Source: a bacterium
Lineage (GTDB): Bacteria > SAR324 > NAC60-12
Length of the DNA stretch: 64,000 bases
Assembly: GCA_965233585.1 (NCBI GenBank)
Contig: CBDDTI010000615.1
Location: 21,025-85,024 of the forward strand
Direction of reading: 5' to 3'
Below are positions 24,680 through 38,545 of the stretch, piece after piece (the stretch's first letter is position 1; each line of letters starts with the position of its first letter). The notes below the pieces were generated by a model, which was given only the letters and a program-made list of their open reading frames with translations, searched no databases and was not told the DNA's origin. Position numbers and translations under genes: made by a program.

Positions 24680-25253
24680 GCGACCTCCGAGGCTCCGGGT
24701 ACACAATGACCTCCACCTCGTCAACAGATGAATCAGGATTCGGCTCCCAGGTCCGAGAGGCCTCGCCTGGCCACCCTGGTGAGCCACCGCCACCTGCTCC
24801 GGATCCTCCCTCAGCAACCCCATGGCGTATATACGCCTGCCGCTTTCTCTGAGCGGCACTTCCAGATCGGATCCCGCGAGTCCTGCCTGCAACTTCACCG
24901 TGTTGCGAAGCAAAGGACTCGTACGGGTCCTCTTCCATGTGCTGACTTTTAGGGAGTCGCCAGCCGTAGAAATTTGATATGAAGTTTTGGGGTCAACAAA
25001 ACAAGAGCAAGCTACGGCTGATAACCGATAACCAATTGAATTGTCGATGATGACAGATGACCCCCAAAAGTAACACGAAAACAGCAATCAAGTCACAACA
25101 GCGCCCCGGGCAAAGGCTGCAGCCTGTTTTACCATCTTGAGCCACAGAAGTAAGTGAAGGATGTGGTGACCCGTAAGGAGAGGTACTAAATAAGTGAAAT
25201 TATGGGTATGAGGAATCCCCATTTATTTCAAGTTATATGCATACTATGAAACA
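24680..25253 (-). mobile_element. 5' stub of a second LTR element: 129-bp LTR (25125-25253), PBS-like GGCTGCAGCC and a truncated first ORF (from 24938)
   Basis: TGTTT...AAACA termini. The PBS resembles that of element 1. The GC-rich ORF MEEDPYES...RSGSAAQRKR breaks into AT-rich DNA at ~24680. Confidence 0.55.
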
Positions 25254-25757
25254 TGACAATATACGCGGATAACGACATGGTTGTATCTTATATATTTATA
25301 AATATGCTAATACTTCGCCACCCCCCTGTTAGGTATAGTTAGGTAACAGCCATAACCCACTTAGAGCAGTTACAACTAGATATATAAAACAAAATAACTT
25401 GAGTCTACTTGAGTTAACTTGAGTTAACTTGAGTTATGTTTGTGACCCGAACTTGAGCATCTAGAGGCAAGCAATTTCTACATGCCGCAGGTAATTGACA
25501 GCAATCAAACAGTGTGCCCTGAAATGTTTTGCTTTTGAATTATTGGAATTTTATTGTTTCTTGTTTGTTTTTATTAGACAATATTAGTTTGCCTCAAGAA
25601 TGAACATGTTACATTCAGTATAAAAAAGAAAGTAACAATTATAATATTTTTCATATATTCATAATCAACATGAAAATTCAATATTTAAATACATATTCAA
25701 TGTTAGGTATTTTATATTTTACATAATAGAAACGTATTTTAACATTTCATTTCTTTC

Positions 25758-26457
25758 TAGATGCTTGGTTGCAAGTTATGGGAGCCTTCTGTCAAGTATC
25801 ATTAGGGGTATTAGCGTATATTAGCGTTTATTAGCGTATATTAAGGTAAATAAATTATATTATTTCTTGGTCAAATGTTAAATTAAATATTCTATCCCCT
25901 TGCTCATTTCGGGAGAAGGTGCTGACAGGTGATTTTGTAGAGAAAAGGGGTCTACAGAATACAAATCCATCCAGGAGAGTGGCTCCAAATGCACTACAAA
26001 ATACAAGTCTAGGGAACCCAAAATGGCTGCCCACTACAGAATACAAAACAAAGATCATTAAAAACCACCAAATAAGGGCTGTCTACAAAATAGATTGGAA
26101 AAAAGTTGCCCCTTCCAAGGCTTGAAAGTGCCCAAAACAGGCTTTGTGGGGTATGTTCAGACTTGTATTTTGTAGAGAATCCACCCTGAAGTATTTTGGG
26201 TTTGGCAAAGCTCAGTTGTGTTTCATAGATTTTATGTCAGCGTTTCGTAGATTTTATTCCAGTCATTATCCCCTTTGGTGGTTTTGGATGGATAGGGCAA
26301 TTCAGGCATCAACATTCCTTGAATTGGGCAATCCATCCTTTGGGGGGTCATTACAATCCCAAAAATTATCATAACCCCAAAAATATTGTCGCGGATTAGA
26401 TAGGGAGGTTCCCGGTTCAACCAACCCTTATATAATATCCAGCAACCAAGCAATCTA
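25758..26457. mobile_element. MITE-like insert with ~16-bp TIRs and internal CTACA(G/A)AATACAA repeats
   Basis: TAGATGCTTGGTTGC at the left and GCAACCAAGCAATCTA at the right. The internal motif occurs in both orientations. Confidence 0.5.
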
Positions 26458-26702
26458 ATCCGCTGGGGGGTTTCCTAAACCGATTTAATCAAATGGGGGT
26501 GTGCTTTGAAGTTGCTACGCACGGAGCGGTTCGCTCCCCCCAATTGAACAAATCAGTTAATAATAAATATTCTATAATATTGATATATGTATATACAGAT
26601 ATATATAAATTAAGTATGTATCTTTGTATGGATATGAATCCATGATGCGCAATGCAATGCAATTGGCTTTTCGATATCGTTTTTCCAGCGCAGCTGCCAC
26701 AT

Positions 26703-27221
26703 CTAGTCATCGCCTAGGCCAAACAAATCTTCCGCCAATTTATTGCTCTTGGCAATCTCAGCTTTCGCATCGTTCCCTTTGGGAATCTCTGCTTCGGAAT
26801 CTTTCTTTTTGGGAACCGCTTCTTTAAGCGTAACACTGCTTTTCTGGACATCCTTTTCTTCGCCCTGAGCAGGGCCACTTAGGATTTCAACACGGAGTTT
26901 GGAACTCAGAACTTTCACGATTCTTCCCTCACGTTGGTCGTATTTTTCCTTGTGTTTGTTTGCTGAAATCACAACCACTGGGTCGATCTGAAAATCTGGA
27001 ACAGCGGGCTTCTGATCTGGCTTTTCGCCAGCTGCGTTTTGTGTCTCAGCGATCTCTGTTTTCTTATCCTTTTGAGTGTCTTTCTCTGCGATTTCATTGT
27101 TTTTTTTGCTGTCCGGAGGAGGCAGCAAAACATTGGATTTAGCAAGCAGGGCTGTCAGGATGGGAAAATCCGCTTGCTTCTCAGATGGCACTTTGCGAAC
27201 GGAGGCAACAATGACTTTCAA
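26703..27221 (-). CDS. 3' exon or fragment with a KOW/SH3-like beta-barrel motif
   Basis: FQIDPVVVISANKHKEKYDQREGRIVKVLSSKLRVEILSG resembles a KOW motif. It forms a GC-richer island in AT-rich DNA. Confidence 0.5.
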   Translation of the reverse strand: MKVIVASVRKVPSEKQADFPILTALLAKSNVLLPPPDSKKNNEIAEKDTQKDKKTEIAETQNAAGEKPDQKPAVPDFQIDPVVVISANKHKEKYDQREGRIVKVLSSKLRVEILSGPAQGEEKDVQKSSVTLKEAVPKKKDSEAEIPKGNDAKAEIAKSNKLAEDLFGLGDD

Positions 27222-28160
27222 ACAGCCTCCCGTGGGAATCTATATTTCTCATTATATTGTATTCAATATTATCAGATATAATATATAATTTTTCATATTT
27301 TTTTTTCGAAAATCAAAATCTATATATTTTTTTATCTATCAATACATATTTTTTCAGAAGGGGACACCCTGGGAGTGCGGGTTTTCACTGCATTCTAGAA
27401 CCACTGACACTGCACATGTGCCATGGTTCTCTCACTGCTTTGCAACCATTGACAATTTCTGTAATTTCTGTTTGGTTTTTCTGCAATGGCTAAACAAAAC
27501 CAAAAACCAAAAACCAAAAAAACAAAAAAACAAAAAACAAACAGTAAAAACAAGAAACCAAAAAAACAAAAACAACAAAAACAAAAGATGACAAGACCCA
27601 ACTCTCTGCCACTCCTCCCCCCTTGGGGTGTGCAGTCTTGTTTTTTTTGGGGGGCTCTTGGTTTTTTGGTTTCTTATTTTCTAGTTCGTTGTTGTTTTTT
27701 TTCTGCAATGGCTAGCAAGACCAAAAACCAAATAAACAAGAAACCAGAACAACACGAAACCCAAAAAAAAGAAAAATACCAAAAAACAAACAATTATATG
27801 TATGTATATATATGTGCATCACATTATTTATGATTTATTTTGATATTTACAAAGTGAGCATCTAGAGGCAAGCAATTTATATATGCCTCAGGAAATTGAC
27901 AGAGCAATCAAACGTTCTCACCTGCACGGTTTTGCCTTGAATTATAGGAATTTTATTGTTTATGATTTGTTTTGATTAGACAATGTTAGTTTGCCTCAAG
28001 AATGAAAATGTTGCATTCACTATAAAAACATGTTACAATTATGATAATTTCAAAAACCAAATCAACATGAAAATTCAAAATATTTAAAACCATATTCAAA
28101 GTTATGTTTTACTTTACATCAGAGAAACGCATTTTAAATTCTATTGCATTCAATCTACAT

Positions 28161-31100
28161 ATATTTCAAAATACATTATATTGAAGTAAAATATTAGCAA
28201 ACAAACCATATATTGTTTCATGTTGCAATTTTAGAAAAATAATATATATATATATATATGTTATTTATCAATACGCATTCAAGAAAATGTTGTCGAGTAA
28301 AAATCATACGATGATAATTGCTTTATGTCCATATTGCAGATTCAATGAAAATACTATAGTAACTTTTTTGTAATTGCATTTTTCAGTGACTTAAAATAAT
28401 TTTTAGTATTTTTAAAAACTATTTTATTTTCAATATTCACTTGCATTAAAATAGTTTTTCATTTTTTTGGTAAATTTGATTTATTTATGAAAATTATATA
28501 TTTATATTTTTTTTTTTGATTTTTCATTTTTCTGGATTATTTTTAAAAAAAATACAGATTTTTATATTTTTATTGATGGTTTCAGATTTTTCTGAAAATT
28601 TGAAATTTTCAGATTTTTTCTGAATTTTACATTTTTTCAGATTTTTTTCTGAATTTTTCAGATTTTCTCTGAAAATCTGAAATGTTCAGATTTGTTTTTA
28701 TGTTTTTAAAGTTTTATTGTGAAAATCTGACATGTTCATGTTTTTTCTGATTTGTTTATTTGGCTTTAGTTGAAATCATTTTTTAATATTATGAAATAGA
28801 TTTGTTTTTCTATATTTTATATTTTGTCATTTTAATATAATTGTTTCTGTGTTGTTTTTTGTACTTGTTGTGATTTTTTGTTTTTTTTATTTTTTCATTT
28901 AAAAAATAAACAACCAACTTGTTATTTCATAAGGTTTTGTCTCATGACGTATGAAATTTTCTAACCATAACTGAGTTATTCAATTTGTCATTGATGTTTG
29001 TTTTTACAGTGTAATGTTAAAGAAACATATTTTGGCAATATTATTTAAAATCAAATTTTGTTGTTTTAAAAAATGTATTGAACCTTGATTTTTATGTATT
29101 GCTATATTTATTAATTTCAAGTTTGTTTTTTTAATATTTTTAAAAATCCAATTGCAGCTTGAATTTTCAGGTTAGCATATGAAATATTGAATACCTTTTT
29201 TCATTAGCATCATTTTTGTACATATTTTATTATTAAAAGTTAGTTGTTAAATGTAATTTACCTATCATTTCACAGTAAAAAAAATAGTTTATAACGAAAG
29301 CATACTTCAAACATTATTCTTTTAGGTTTTGTATCCATCTTATCAAATGTTAAAATGAATTAACATGTAGTTGGGCAGCCCCTCCCCGCTGCCCACGGTG
29401 GCGCTCTCCAACCAACTTTGCAGCGCCTCCCATACCAATTCCAATACCAATTCCAATTCCAGCTTTGTCTGTAGCTTAAGCTTTAATGTGATTACAGTTT
29501 TTTTAAAAAAACAATAAACAGAAGGGTATGTTTGTTTTTAATACTGCATTTGTTGGCAGGCATGGGGATGTTGTAACAATGTTGAAGTCATCTAGCATAT
29601 GCTGCAGAAATTGTGGCTTGTTGAAGGGACCCTGTAGTAGCATTTATCTAAGGTAGAGTGAGCACCTGGACACTTCTTCAAGCAATATATGCTCTCTAGT
29701 GGACATGAACATAGCTTCATCTGCGGCTTAAGCTTTAATGTGATTACAGTTTTGAAAAAACAATAAAACCGTGCACTCCCACATTGTCCTGCTCTTTTTT
29801 TTGTAATTGTTGTTGTTTTTTTGTTTTAGTGTTGTTTATGTCAATATTATCCTTTTTAAAATATGAAACATATTTCTTTGCTAAATTCAATTTGTTCTTT
29901 CAAAAAAACGTATCATGACATATGAAATTTTCTCCTCCAAACTAAATTGTTTAATTTGTTATTGACGTTTGTTGTAAGATAATTCTAAATCAATGGGTAG
30001 GAAATTGTTTGGGGAATTTTTTTTTAGTTTGGGGAATTTTTTTTGGATTTCCGGTTCTCACCATTTTCCATGCTATTTGCAGCATTTTGGAGCTGGAAAC
30101 TGCCATTTCCACGGTATGTGCAACGGTTTTGAGTTCGAACCTCTCATTTTCCATTGTATTTTCCATGGTATTTGCAACAGTTTGCAGCATGTTCTGTCCA
30201 TTTTCCATGCTCTTTGCAGCATTTTTGAGCTGGAATCTGCATTTCCACCGTATGTGCAACATTTTACAGCTACATTCCTCACAGTACTTGCAGGATTTTG
30301 GAGCTGAAGGCTGACATTCCAACAGTTGTTTGTTGTTACTGTTACTGTTGTTGGTGTTGGTGTTGTTGTTGGTGGTGTTGTTGTTGTTGGTGGTGGTGGT
30401 GGTGGTCGTGTTGTTGCTGTTGTTGTTGCTGTTGTTAGTGTTAATGTTAGTGTTGTTAGTGTTGTTACTGTTGTGTTAGTGTTGTGTTAGTGTTGTGTTA
30501 GTGTTGTTGTTGTTGGTGGTGTTGTTGTTGGTGGTGTTGTTGTTGTTGTTGGTGGTGTTGTTGGTGGTGGTGGTGGTGGTGTTGCTGGCGGTTGTGTTTG
30601 TGTTGCTAGTGTTGTTATTGTTGTTGTTGTCGTTGTTGTCGTTGTCGTTGTCGTTGTCATTGTTGTCGTTGTTGTCGTTGTTGTCGTTGTTGTTGTTGTT
30701 GGTGTTGTTGTTGTTTGTTGTTGTTGTTGGTGGTGTTGTTGTTACCGTTAGTGTTATTAGTGTTGCTAGTGTTAGTGTTGTTAGTGTTGTTAGTGTTGTG
30801 TTAGTGTTGTTGTTGTTGGTGGTGGTGGTGGTGTTGTTGGTGGTGGTGTTGTTGCTGGCGGTTGTGTTTGTGTTGATAGTGTTGTTATTGTTGTTGTTGT
30901 CGTTGTTGTTGCTGTTGTTGTTGCTGTTGTTAGTGTTGTTGTTGTTACCGTTAGTGTTGTTAGTGTTGCTAGTGTTAGTGTTGTTAGTGTTGTTAGTGTT
31001 GTGTTAGTGTTGTTGTTGTTGGTGTACCGAGACTACAGCAGCGTGCCCATCTGCTTCGAACCAAGAGAAGATGTTGCTCCACACCTCATGGAAAAGCAAA

Positions 31101-32054
31101 AAAGCAAAGAAAAGCAAAAAAGCAAAAAAGCAAAGAAAAGCAAGACAAGCAAAGAAAAGCAGAAAAGCGAGAAAAGCAAAAAAGCAAAGACAAGCAAGGA
31201 AAGCAAAAAAGCAAAAAAGCAAAGAAAAGCAAGAAAAGCAAAAAAGCAAAGAAAAGCAAGAAAAGCAAAAAAGCAAAAAAGCAAAGAAAAGCAAGGGAAG
31301 CAAAAAAGCAAAGAAAAGCAAGAAAAGCAAAAAAAGGAATAGAAGCAAAGAAGCAGAGAAGCACTGCAGGAGGCAATAGAGTAAGCAGGAAGAAATCCAA
31401 AAAAAAATCCCTAAACTAAAAAAAAAATCCCTAAATAAATGGCCCTCCAATAAATATTATTTTGAAATTTAATTTCAAAACGAATGCTGTTGTTTTAAAA
31501 TTTGTATTAAACATTGGTTTTTTTTATGTATTGCTATATTTATTTATTTCAAATTTGTTCTTGCATGTTTTTGAAAAATACTATGACAGCTTTTTCAGGT
31601 TAGCACATGAAATATTGAATACGTTTTTTCATTGGCATCATTTTATAAATATATATAAATATGTTTTTCATATTAAAACATAGTTGCTAAATACAATTTC
31701 CCTATCACTTCACAGAAAATACAAACGAAGAAATTAAAAAAGATATGAGCAGGCTTATGTTTTTGCCACTTGTCTTTAACTGATCAAATGTCCATGCTTG
31801 GCAATCTAAATAAAATGTATAGAAAACTTATCTTGATTTATGTTGACTTATGTTGACTTATATTGATTATGCTAAAGTTAGACATTTTTAGTAAACATCA
31901 TAAATAACATAATCCAACTTAATCATCATAAAATCGGATGATAAGTATCATAACTTTAAAACACATGTTATGGAGTTACGATTGTATCTTAGCTGAGTTG
32001 TGAGCCTAGTTATAACTGGATAGAACCTAGGTTTTAAAGGGGGTTGGCGCAGTA
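28161..32054 (+). repeat. Left arm of a long inverted repeat (partner 40648-43289)
   Basis: Colinear reverse-complement identity along the arm, e.g. 29370-29800 vs 41420-41860, except for the 29991-31448 insert. Confidence 0.95.
29991..31448. mobile_element. Non-autonomous TIR element containing (GTT)n and AAAGC/AAAGA-type microsatellites
   Basis: Absent from the right arm, whose empty site reads TTCTAAATAAATATT. Imperfect ~55-bp TIRs (TTTGGGGAATTTTTTTTTAGTTTGGGG / CCCTAAACTAAAAAAAAAATCCCTAAA). An AAT-containing target duplication of ambiguous length flanks it. Confidence 0.8.
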
Positions 32055-32953
32055 TAGTATTATTATTTTGGGGTATAACTTGCAAATATCAACTACGATC
32101 CACCTACCTTGCACACGTACGTAGCCAGTCACCTAATTTCTAGTGATATTCCTCCTGCAAATTGCGATGTCTTATTGCAGGGTGACATAGCTGGAGGGCA
32201 AACTGTTGAAGCAAAATAAAATCAGCAATCTCAGGTTTCTGGTAGACTGGTAGACCAATGTTTTGGGTTGTGGCCCATGTAATTCAATATAGCTATGGTT
32301 TGTTTTCCCACTTGTGAATGAATTTACATATAAAACATGACAATGTTCATCATTGTCCGTGGCAAAGTGGTAAGTTTCCAGAGGGTACCCAACATCCGAA
32401 CAGCAAAGGGCTAAGGTAACTATGCACCGGACCCATGTCTGATGCCTGGGAACGTACAAGCACAACTGGTTCCCCAAACGTTTCAGATCCACCACAATAA
32501 ATCTCACAATATCGACACCACATGGCTAAACTCAAACGCCCTGCCAAAACAAGGTGCAATTTTGATGTCACCCAAACAATGCACTTTTTCTTCCATCTTA
32601 ACTATACTTAGACTTACTTAGACACTCCAAGTGCCCATGAAAAGTGGGAAAAACAAGTGGTGGGTAGATTACCTCGCTTTTCCAGGTGGAAGGCCTAAGT
32701 AGCCCTCAAACTTTAAACAAAAACAGCATGTTTGGCACCGAAAAATATCGAAAAGTAGAAACCTCCTAGTAGTGATAAACCACGCTTCTATCTGTTTGGG
32801 GGATACTATAACGGAAACTTAAACCATTCACCAGCATTTCCCCAAGCCAAAAAAACTGGGACCCGTGACGCGAGCATGATGACCAGTGCCCAGTTCAATC
32901 GCCTGGGGTGTGTTTCAGCGGTGATCTCCAAGTCAACTAATCAATGTCAATGA

Positions 32954-33902
32954 TTCAATGGTTTCACCATGGTTCGGACAGGGAGTTGACCACAAAAAAT
33001 ACTGGATTATGGGATATACACCTAATTTCAATGGATTCGTTTTAGTGTGAAAAATTGAAACCAGAAACTAGCTGGGTTTTAGCATCAAATATTTGCGGGG
33101 TTCCCTCAGACAGAATTTTCCCATCCTTCATTTGTGGGAAGGATCAAGAACATCCCATGTTGCCGTCTGGGGTAGTTCAACATAATTAGCTGCTAATTAG
33201 CTATGGGAAATCGCCATGCTTAATGGCCAATCATCCATGCACATGGATGTACAGTAAATGGGCCATGTTCCGTATGTTACAATTTATCGATTTTAAATTA
33301 CCGGGAGGTATCCACAGGAAACCCCCCAAGCAAATTCAAGCGAACGGTTCAGCTTGTGGCCTGGAAACCAAGGCCTTTGGTGGGTCCATGAACAGCCATG
33401 ATTCTAGACCGTCATTGATTAGCATCTATCACACCAGCTTAGCTAATTGCATATATATAAACTATAATCAACTATCATATTGTTTGGAAACTTTGAGTAG
33501 CCCCCAGCTACTCATTGTATGGGAAATATGGATGCCCATCCCTCCATTCATGACCGGAAATTCTCAGCGCCTGGAAAAGGGCAGTGTGTTTGTTGCCAGG
33601 AGATCGGAAAAGAACGTGCTCAACGCCGTTCTTTCCCAACCTCAGCCACTTGAGATCAAGGCGTGCATGGAACAAGCTTACCCATCGACGCCAGGGCCTT
33701 TTTTGAGGTAAATGTGAGTCAATCTTCCAACACAAAGGGGAAGGTTTTAATCCCATTTCCCTAAGATCAGAATATACTGAACACCCCCTTTGATGGTCCC
33801 AAATAATCAAATATGCGTAGATTCTTCACAAAACCATGGTTTCAGAAGGGTGCTTAATATTAGGGGGGAAGAACTGCTAGTGTTGCAACTGGAGTTTTCT
33901 TT
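32954..33902 (+). repeat. ~950-bp segmental duplication, copy 1
   Basis: Nearly identical to 36003-36954; both yield the MANHPCTW... ORF. Confidence 0.95.
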
Positions 33903-36002
33903 CTCACCAGCTGGGATGGGTACCGCCTTCATGATTAAGGCATCAACCCTTGGGGTACCCTGGATTCAATTTGCACTCCAAGACTAATCAAACTGTATTT
34001 GTATAAGATCCAATTCGCCACAACTTAATCATTGCATGCTTTGCCAAGTTGACAAGCTTCAAATGTCAAGGATATCTGACAAGTAGATATTAAGCTTGTA
34101 GCACATTCAGCACGTCATGTGGTTCTTTACTTGACTGTAAATCATCAGCCTTGGATAATCCAGCACACCGCCAGCTGGTCTTCCATCCGCGCCCAATTCA
34201 GAATGGCACATGTTCCCCGAGATCAAACGCTTGGGCAAGCAAAAAGGCTTCCCACATAATAAACCATCCATAAACCCATCAATAAACCTGTGCACTTCAT
34301 GTTGGCATTCGTGGGTTGTTCTGGAAACGCGACAACTCCTTGGTATTTGTGTTATATATTCACCTTGTTTCTTCTATTGTCTGATGCTCAACATCAAAGT
34401 TGACTGATTTTTTCTTACTGTAACTTTTTCTTGGAGACCCTGTTTCTGTGGTGATATCCGTGTCTTGCATTTGGTTTCCGTTTCTAACCCAAGTAATTAA
34501 TTGGTGCAAGTTGGCGCACCAACTCACCATGTCAATTCAAGGCGATTCTTCGGACATCACTGCATTACAGGATCATATTTAATATCTTTTATTGGTTGCT
34601 TCCCTTTGGTCTTATCACACCCGGATACATAGTTGCAAAGCCATCATAATTTTCCATATTGATTGAAGTCAAACATACAAACCTCAAATCATCTTCGAAG
34701 GTTCATCCTACTTATCATTCTCTAATCCTATTCCCCAACTACATACCCCCGAAACGAAATCCTGATTTAGTCTATTCATGAATTGGGTCCTAAGAATTCG
34801 GCGTATCTTCCCCATTTCTAGTAGCTATGTAGCCATATTTCAGGATGATGGAACCATGTTACCTGTTAGACACACACACACACCATGCTTAATGCTCAAA
34901 TCCCAATGAAGCAACATTCTCACATATCCTATCTGTTGTACTTTCATTTCTGTGCCAAGGTTCACGCCTGGAAAATTATCTGATGTATGTGGTGCCACGG
35001 GGGCATCCAACTAATTCTCAATCATTTTTCATATACATTATCAACATGATCACGAGCCAACATAACAAATAAAACCATTCTTATTATCAATGACCCACTG
35101 GAATGTAAACTCATTGTTGATCATTGTTTTGGTATGATCAACTATCAGCCAAAGCTGTATCATCACTATAGAGATATTAAGAGCATATACTATCATTGTT
35201 GGCTGCTATAATGGCAATTGTTGCGATTATCAGTTTTTGGTGACGTGGATCAATACTACCAACCATTTACTGATCAATGAAGTAGGCATACGTATATTTA
35301 TCATTATAATCATCAGTATCGCTATCGTCATCATCATTGGTTAGTATTATTACCTGTTTAGTTCTCAACCACCATGCAGGAAACCGTAGTTCGTTCCATC
35401 AAATAGAAGGCTTTCCCGTGGCTTCTCCCTTCCTCTGGGATGGTACCAACGTGTACCAACATAAAAACCATCCGTCCAAGAGGCTCTCAACGGTCTGGGC
35501 AACAAGGTCCGTGACCTACGGGGCCCGAAACATGTCGATTTCATGGGATTTACAGCTGGTTGGCTGGTTGATGTTAGCCAAGTTGGTTTTGTCCACTACA
35601 GTAACATGTCAATGTAGTGTTTATGGTAGATACCGAGAAAATACTAAAAAGTGTCAAACTTGTTGATCGGGTGAAACTAAACCAGCACACACACACACAC
35701 ATCACCAGGCGGCACCAGGGTGCAATGGAAAAGACATGACAGTTTTATAAATGGAGCAATTGCACAATGATTCTTTCAAACATATTCCAATTACCTGTTG
35801 GATTTGGAACCTTGGCCGCCTCCAATGAAATCGCGGGTACTCTGGGGAGTCACATGGCTGGTATTCAGAATGGGGGTGCCAAGCAGCCAAAATGCTTCCC
35901 CGATCCTCTGCCTGAACCCTTCTATACCCTTCTCACATCTGGCGCAAGGTCTCGGATTTGTAGCACACACAAGAATCACTGGGTTGGTTTAAGGGAAAAT
36001 GG

Positions 36003-36954
36003 TTCAATGGTTTCACCATGGTTCGGACAGGGAGTTGACCACAAAAAATACTGGATTATGGGATATACATCTAATTTCAATGGATTCGTTTTAGTGTGAA
36101 AAATTGAAACCAGAAACTAGCTGGGTTTTAGCATCAAATATTTGCGGGGTTCCCTCAGACAGAATTTTCCCATCCTTCATTTGTGGGAAGGATCAAGAAC
36201 ATCCCATGTTGCCGTCTGGGGTAGTTCAACATAATTAGCTGCTAATTAGCTATGGGAAATCGCCATGCTTAATGGCCAATCATCCATGCACATGGATGTA
36301 CAGTAAATGGGCCATGTTCCGTATGTTACAATTTATCGATTTTAAATTACCGGGAGGTATCCACAGGAAACCCCCCAAGCAAATTCAAGCGAACGGTTCA
36401 GCTTGTGGCCTGGAAACCAAGGCCTTTGGTGGGTCCATGAACAGCCATGATTCTAGACCGTCATTGATTAGCATCTATCACACCAGCTTAGCTAATTGCA
36501 CATATATAAACTATAATCAACTATCATATTGTTTGGAAACTTTGAGTAGCCCTCAGCTACTCATTGTATGGGAAATATGGATGCCCATCCCTCCATTCAT
36601 GACCGGAAATTCTCAGCTTTGCCTGGAGAATGGCAACGTATTTGTTGCCAGGAGATCGGCAAAGAACGTGCTCAATGCCGTCTTTTCCCAACCTCAGCCA
36701 CTTGAGATCAAGGCGTGCATGGAACAAGCTTACCCATCGACGCCAGGGCCTTTTTTGAGGTAAATGTGAGTCAATCTCCCAGCACAAAAGGGAAGGTTTT
36801 AATCCCATTTCCCTAAGATCAGAATATACTGAACACCCCATGTGATGGTCCCAAATAATCAAATATGCGTAGATTCTTCACAAACCCATGGTTTCAGAAG
36901 GGTGCTTAATATTAGGGGGGCGGCACTGCTAGTGTTGCAACTGGAGTTTTCTTT
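36003..36954 (+). repeat. ~950-bp segmental duplication, copy 2
   Basis: Nearly identical to 32954-33902. Confidence 0.95.
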
Positions 36955-38545
36955 CACAATTTTTACCTCCCCCCACCGCCACCCCCCTATACGTAGAGTA
37001 AGGGGGAGTTCGGAGGGTGGTACAGGGTGACGTATCTCTTGCGAACTTGCAACCCCTGCTCCCTAAGTGTAAATCTTCCGGGGCACGGTTTTTGACGTAG
37101 GAGGGGTTTAAGATACATATGGGTATGTCTCAAAATACCGTGTCCAACCCGGGAAGTTTGACTAGGGGGTATGATTCGTGGGTATGATTCGGGGTATGAT
37201 TCGTGGGTATGATTCGCGGACCTTGATTTAGTGTTTCCCTACATCCTCCGCGTATGGTTATTTACCCACACTTACCCCGAAAATGTTTCAACTGTTGGCA
37301 ATTATACCATACGTGGAGCGCTTTGGAGCTGGCATGCTGTTGACGCTGTGCGTGCTGCTGTCAGAGTGGTGTGTGCGCTTTGGAGCGGGCATCGTGGTGC
37401 CGTTGGAATGCCGCTGCAAGGTGCTGGTGCAGGGTGTTGCTTGCTGTCAGAGTGGTGTGTACAGTTTGGAGCGATGCGATGCGGGTGCTAGTGAAGGGTG
37501 CTGCTGCACGCTGCAGGGTGCTGTTGTCGGATTTTTCTCAGAAGCAGCAGGAGGCGTAGTGTAGCCCGCGCTGAATGGCTGCAAAGAAAAGAGCTCACAA
37601 AACACAGGTTCTGATCTTGCAAATGTACCAAGGTTCAGAATTGGGAAGTTTGAGGTATGATTCGGGTATGATTCGGGCATGATTCGGGGTATGATTCGGA
37701 AACTCATCTTTTTTTGAATTCAGGAAGCTTTGTTGCTTGAATCTCTTTTTCCCACCGTCAACCTACTACGACTGCTACTTTGTCAATGGCTGCAATGGCT
37801 CGACCTGCCAGACGACCTTGGACAGGACCTGAATCTGAAAAAACCCAATGCACATCTATGATTTATATCCGCCGGCCTGCCGGGTACCTTTAGCTCAGCT
37901 ACGCTTAGGCTCATGTTCCTCTTCGACGGAGTTTTGGTTTGGTTGCCAGCCTGCCAGCCAGCCAGCCGCAGCCAGAGTCATTCATTAGCAACGCAGCAAG
38001 CAGCCAGCCACGCAGCCAGCCAGCTGCAACTAGCCAGCCCTATACAGTAGTCAGCCACACAACCAGCAGCAGCAACTGAGCCAGCCACCTAGCCAGCTAG
38101 CCAGCCAGCCAGCCACCCAGAGCCAGCCAGCTTAGGAATAATGATGAGACTCTGCGCGCGTAGAGAAGATTCGCCACTCCGTGAAGGTATGTGAAGGTAA
38201 ACAGGGATCATCGGGTCTGGCCAACACTGGTCAATTAGCTTGTCAGGTCCATTATAACTAGTGAGGCCAATGCAATCCCAAACGATCCCAAAAGAAACAT
38301 TCATAATCGTGATTTTTTGGGGTATGATTCGGGGGTATGATTCGGGGGTATGATTCGGGGTATGATTCGGGGGTATGATTCGCACAAATCGAACTTCCTG
38401 CCTTTATTAAAAACTGCACGCGTTAAAAAAAGACACAGCCATATAGCCTTCCCCATCGGGAAAAAATACGCAGGGTCAAGATTGTTGCTTACATTTTTTT
38501 AATGCCCCCCCTTGTTTACACCCCACGAAAAGGGTGGTGATGGTA
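36955..38545. mobile_element. GC-richer interspersed repeat with three GGGTATGATTC clusters and (GCCA)n tracts
   Basis: Clusters at ~37166-37217, 37653-37699 and 38319-38382. It begins where the duplication homology ends. Confidence 0.6.

Larger units (their letters stand above)
25455..28137 (+). repeat. Diverged ~285-bp direct repeat pair (25455-25745 and 27856-28137)
   Basis: Both begin GAGCATCTAGAGGCAAGCAATT and share TTAGTTTGCCTCAAGAATGAA and AATCAACATGAAAATTCAA. Confidence 0.85.
25313..32052. mobile_element. AT-rich element bounded by TA and short diverged inverted termini (TA|CTTCGCCACCCCC ... GGGGGTTGGCGCAG|TA)
   Basis: The termini at 25311 and 32054 are similar in inversion, and the same terminus recurs at 40648. 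No transposase is visible. Confidence 0.5.

Noticed and set aside
30495..31450. Poly-Leu/Val and Lys-rich ORFs
   Set aside because: Readthrough of (GTT)n and AAAGC microsatellites.
33223..33711. MANHPCTW... ORF (and its 36272 copy) as a real gene
   Set aside because: No recognisable motifs; its recurrence is explained by recent DNA duplication.
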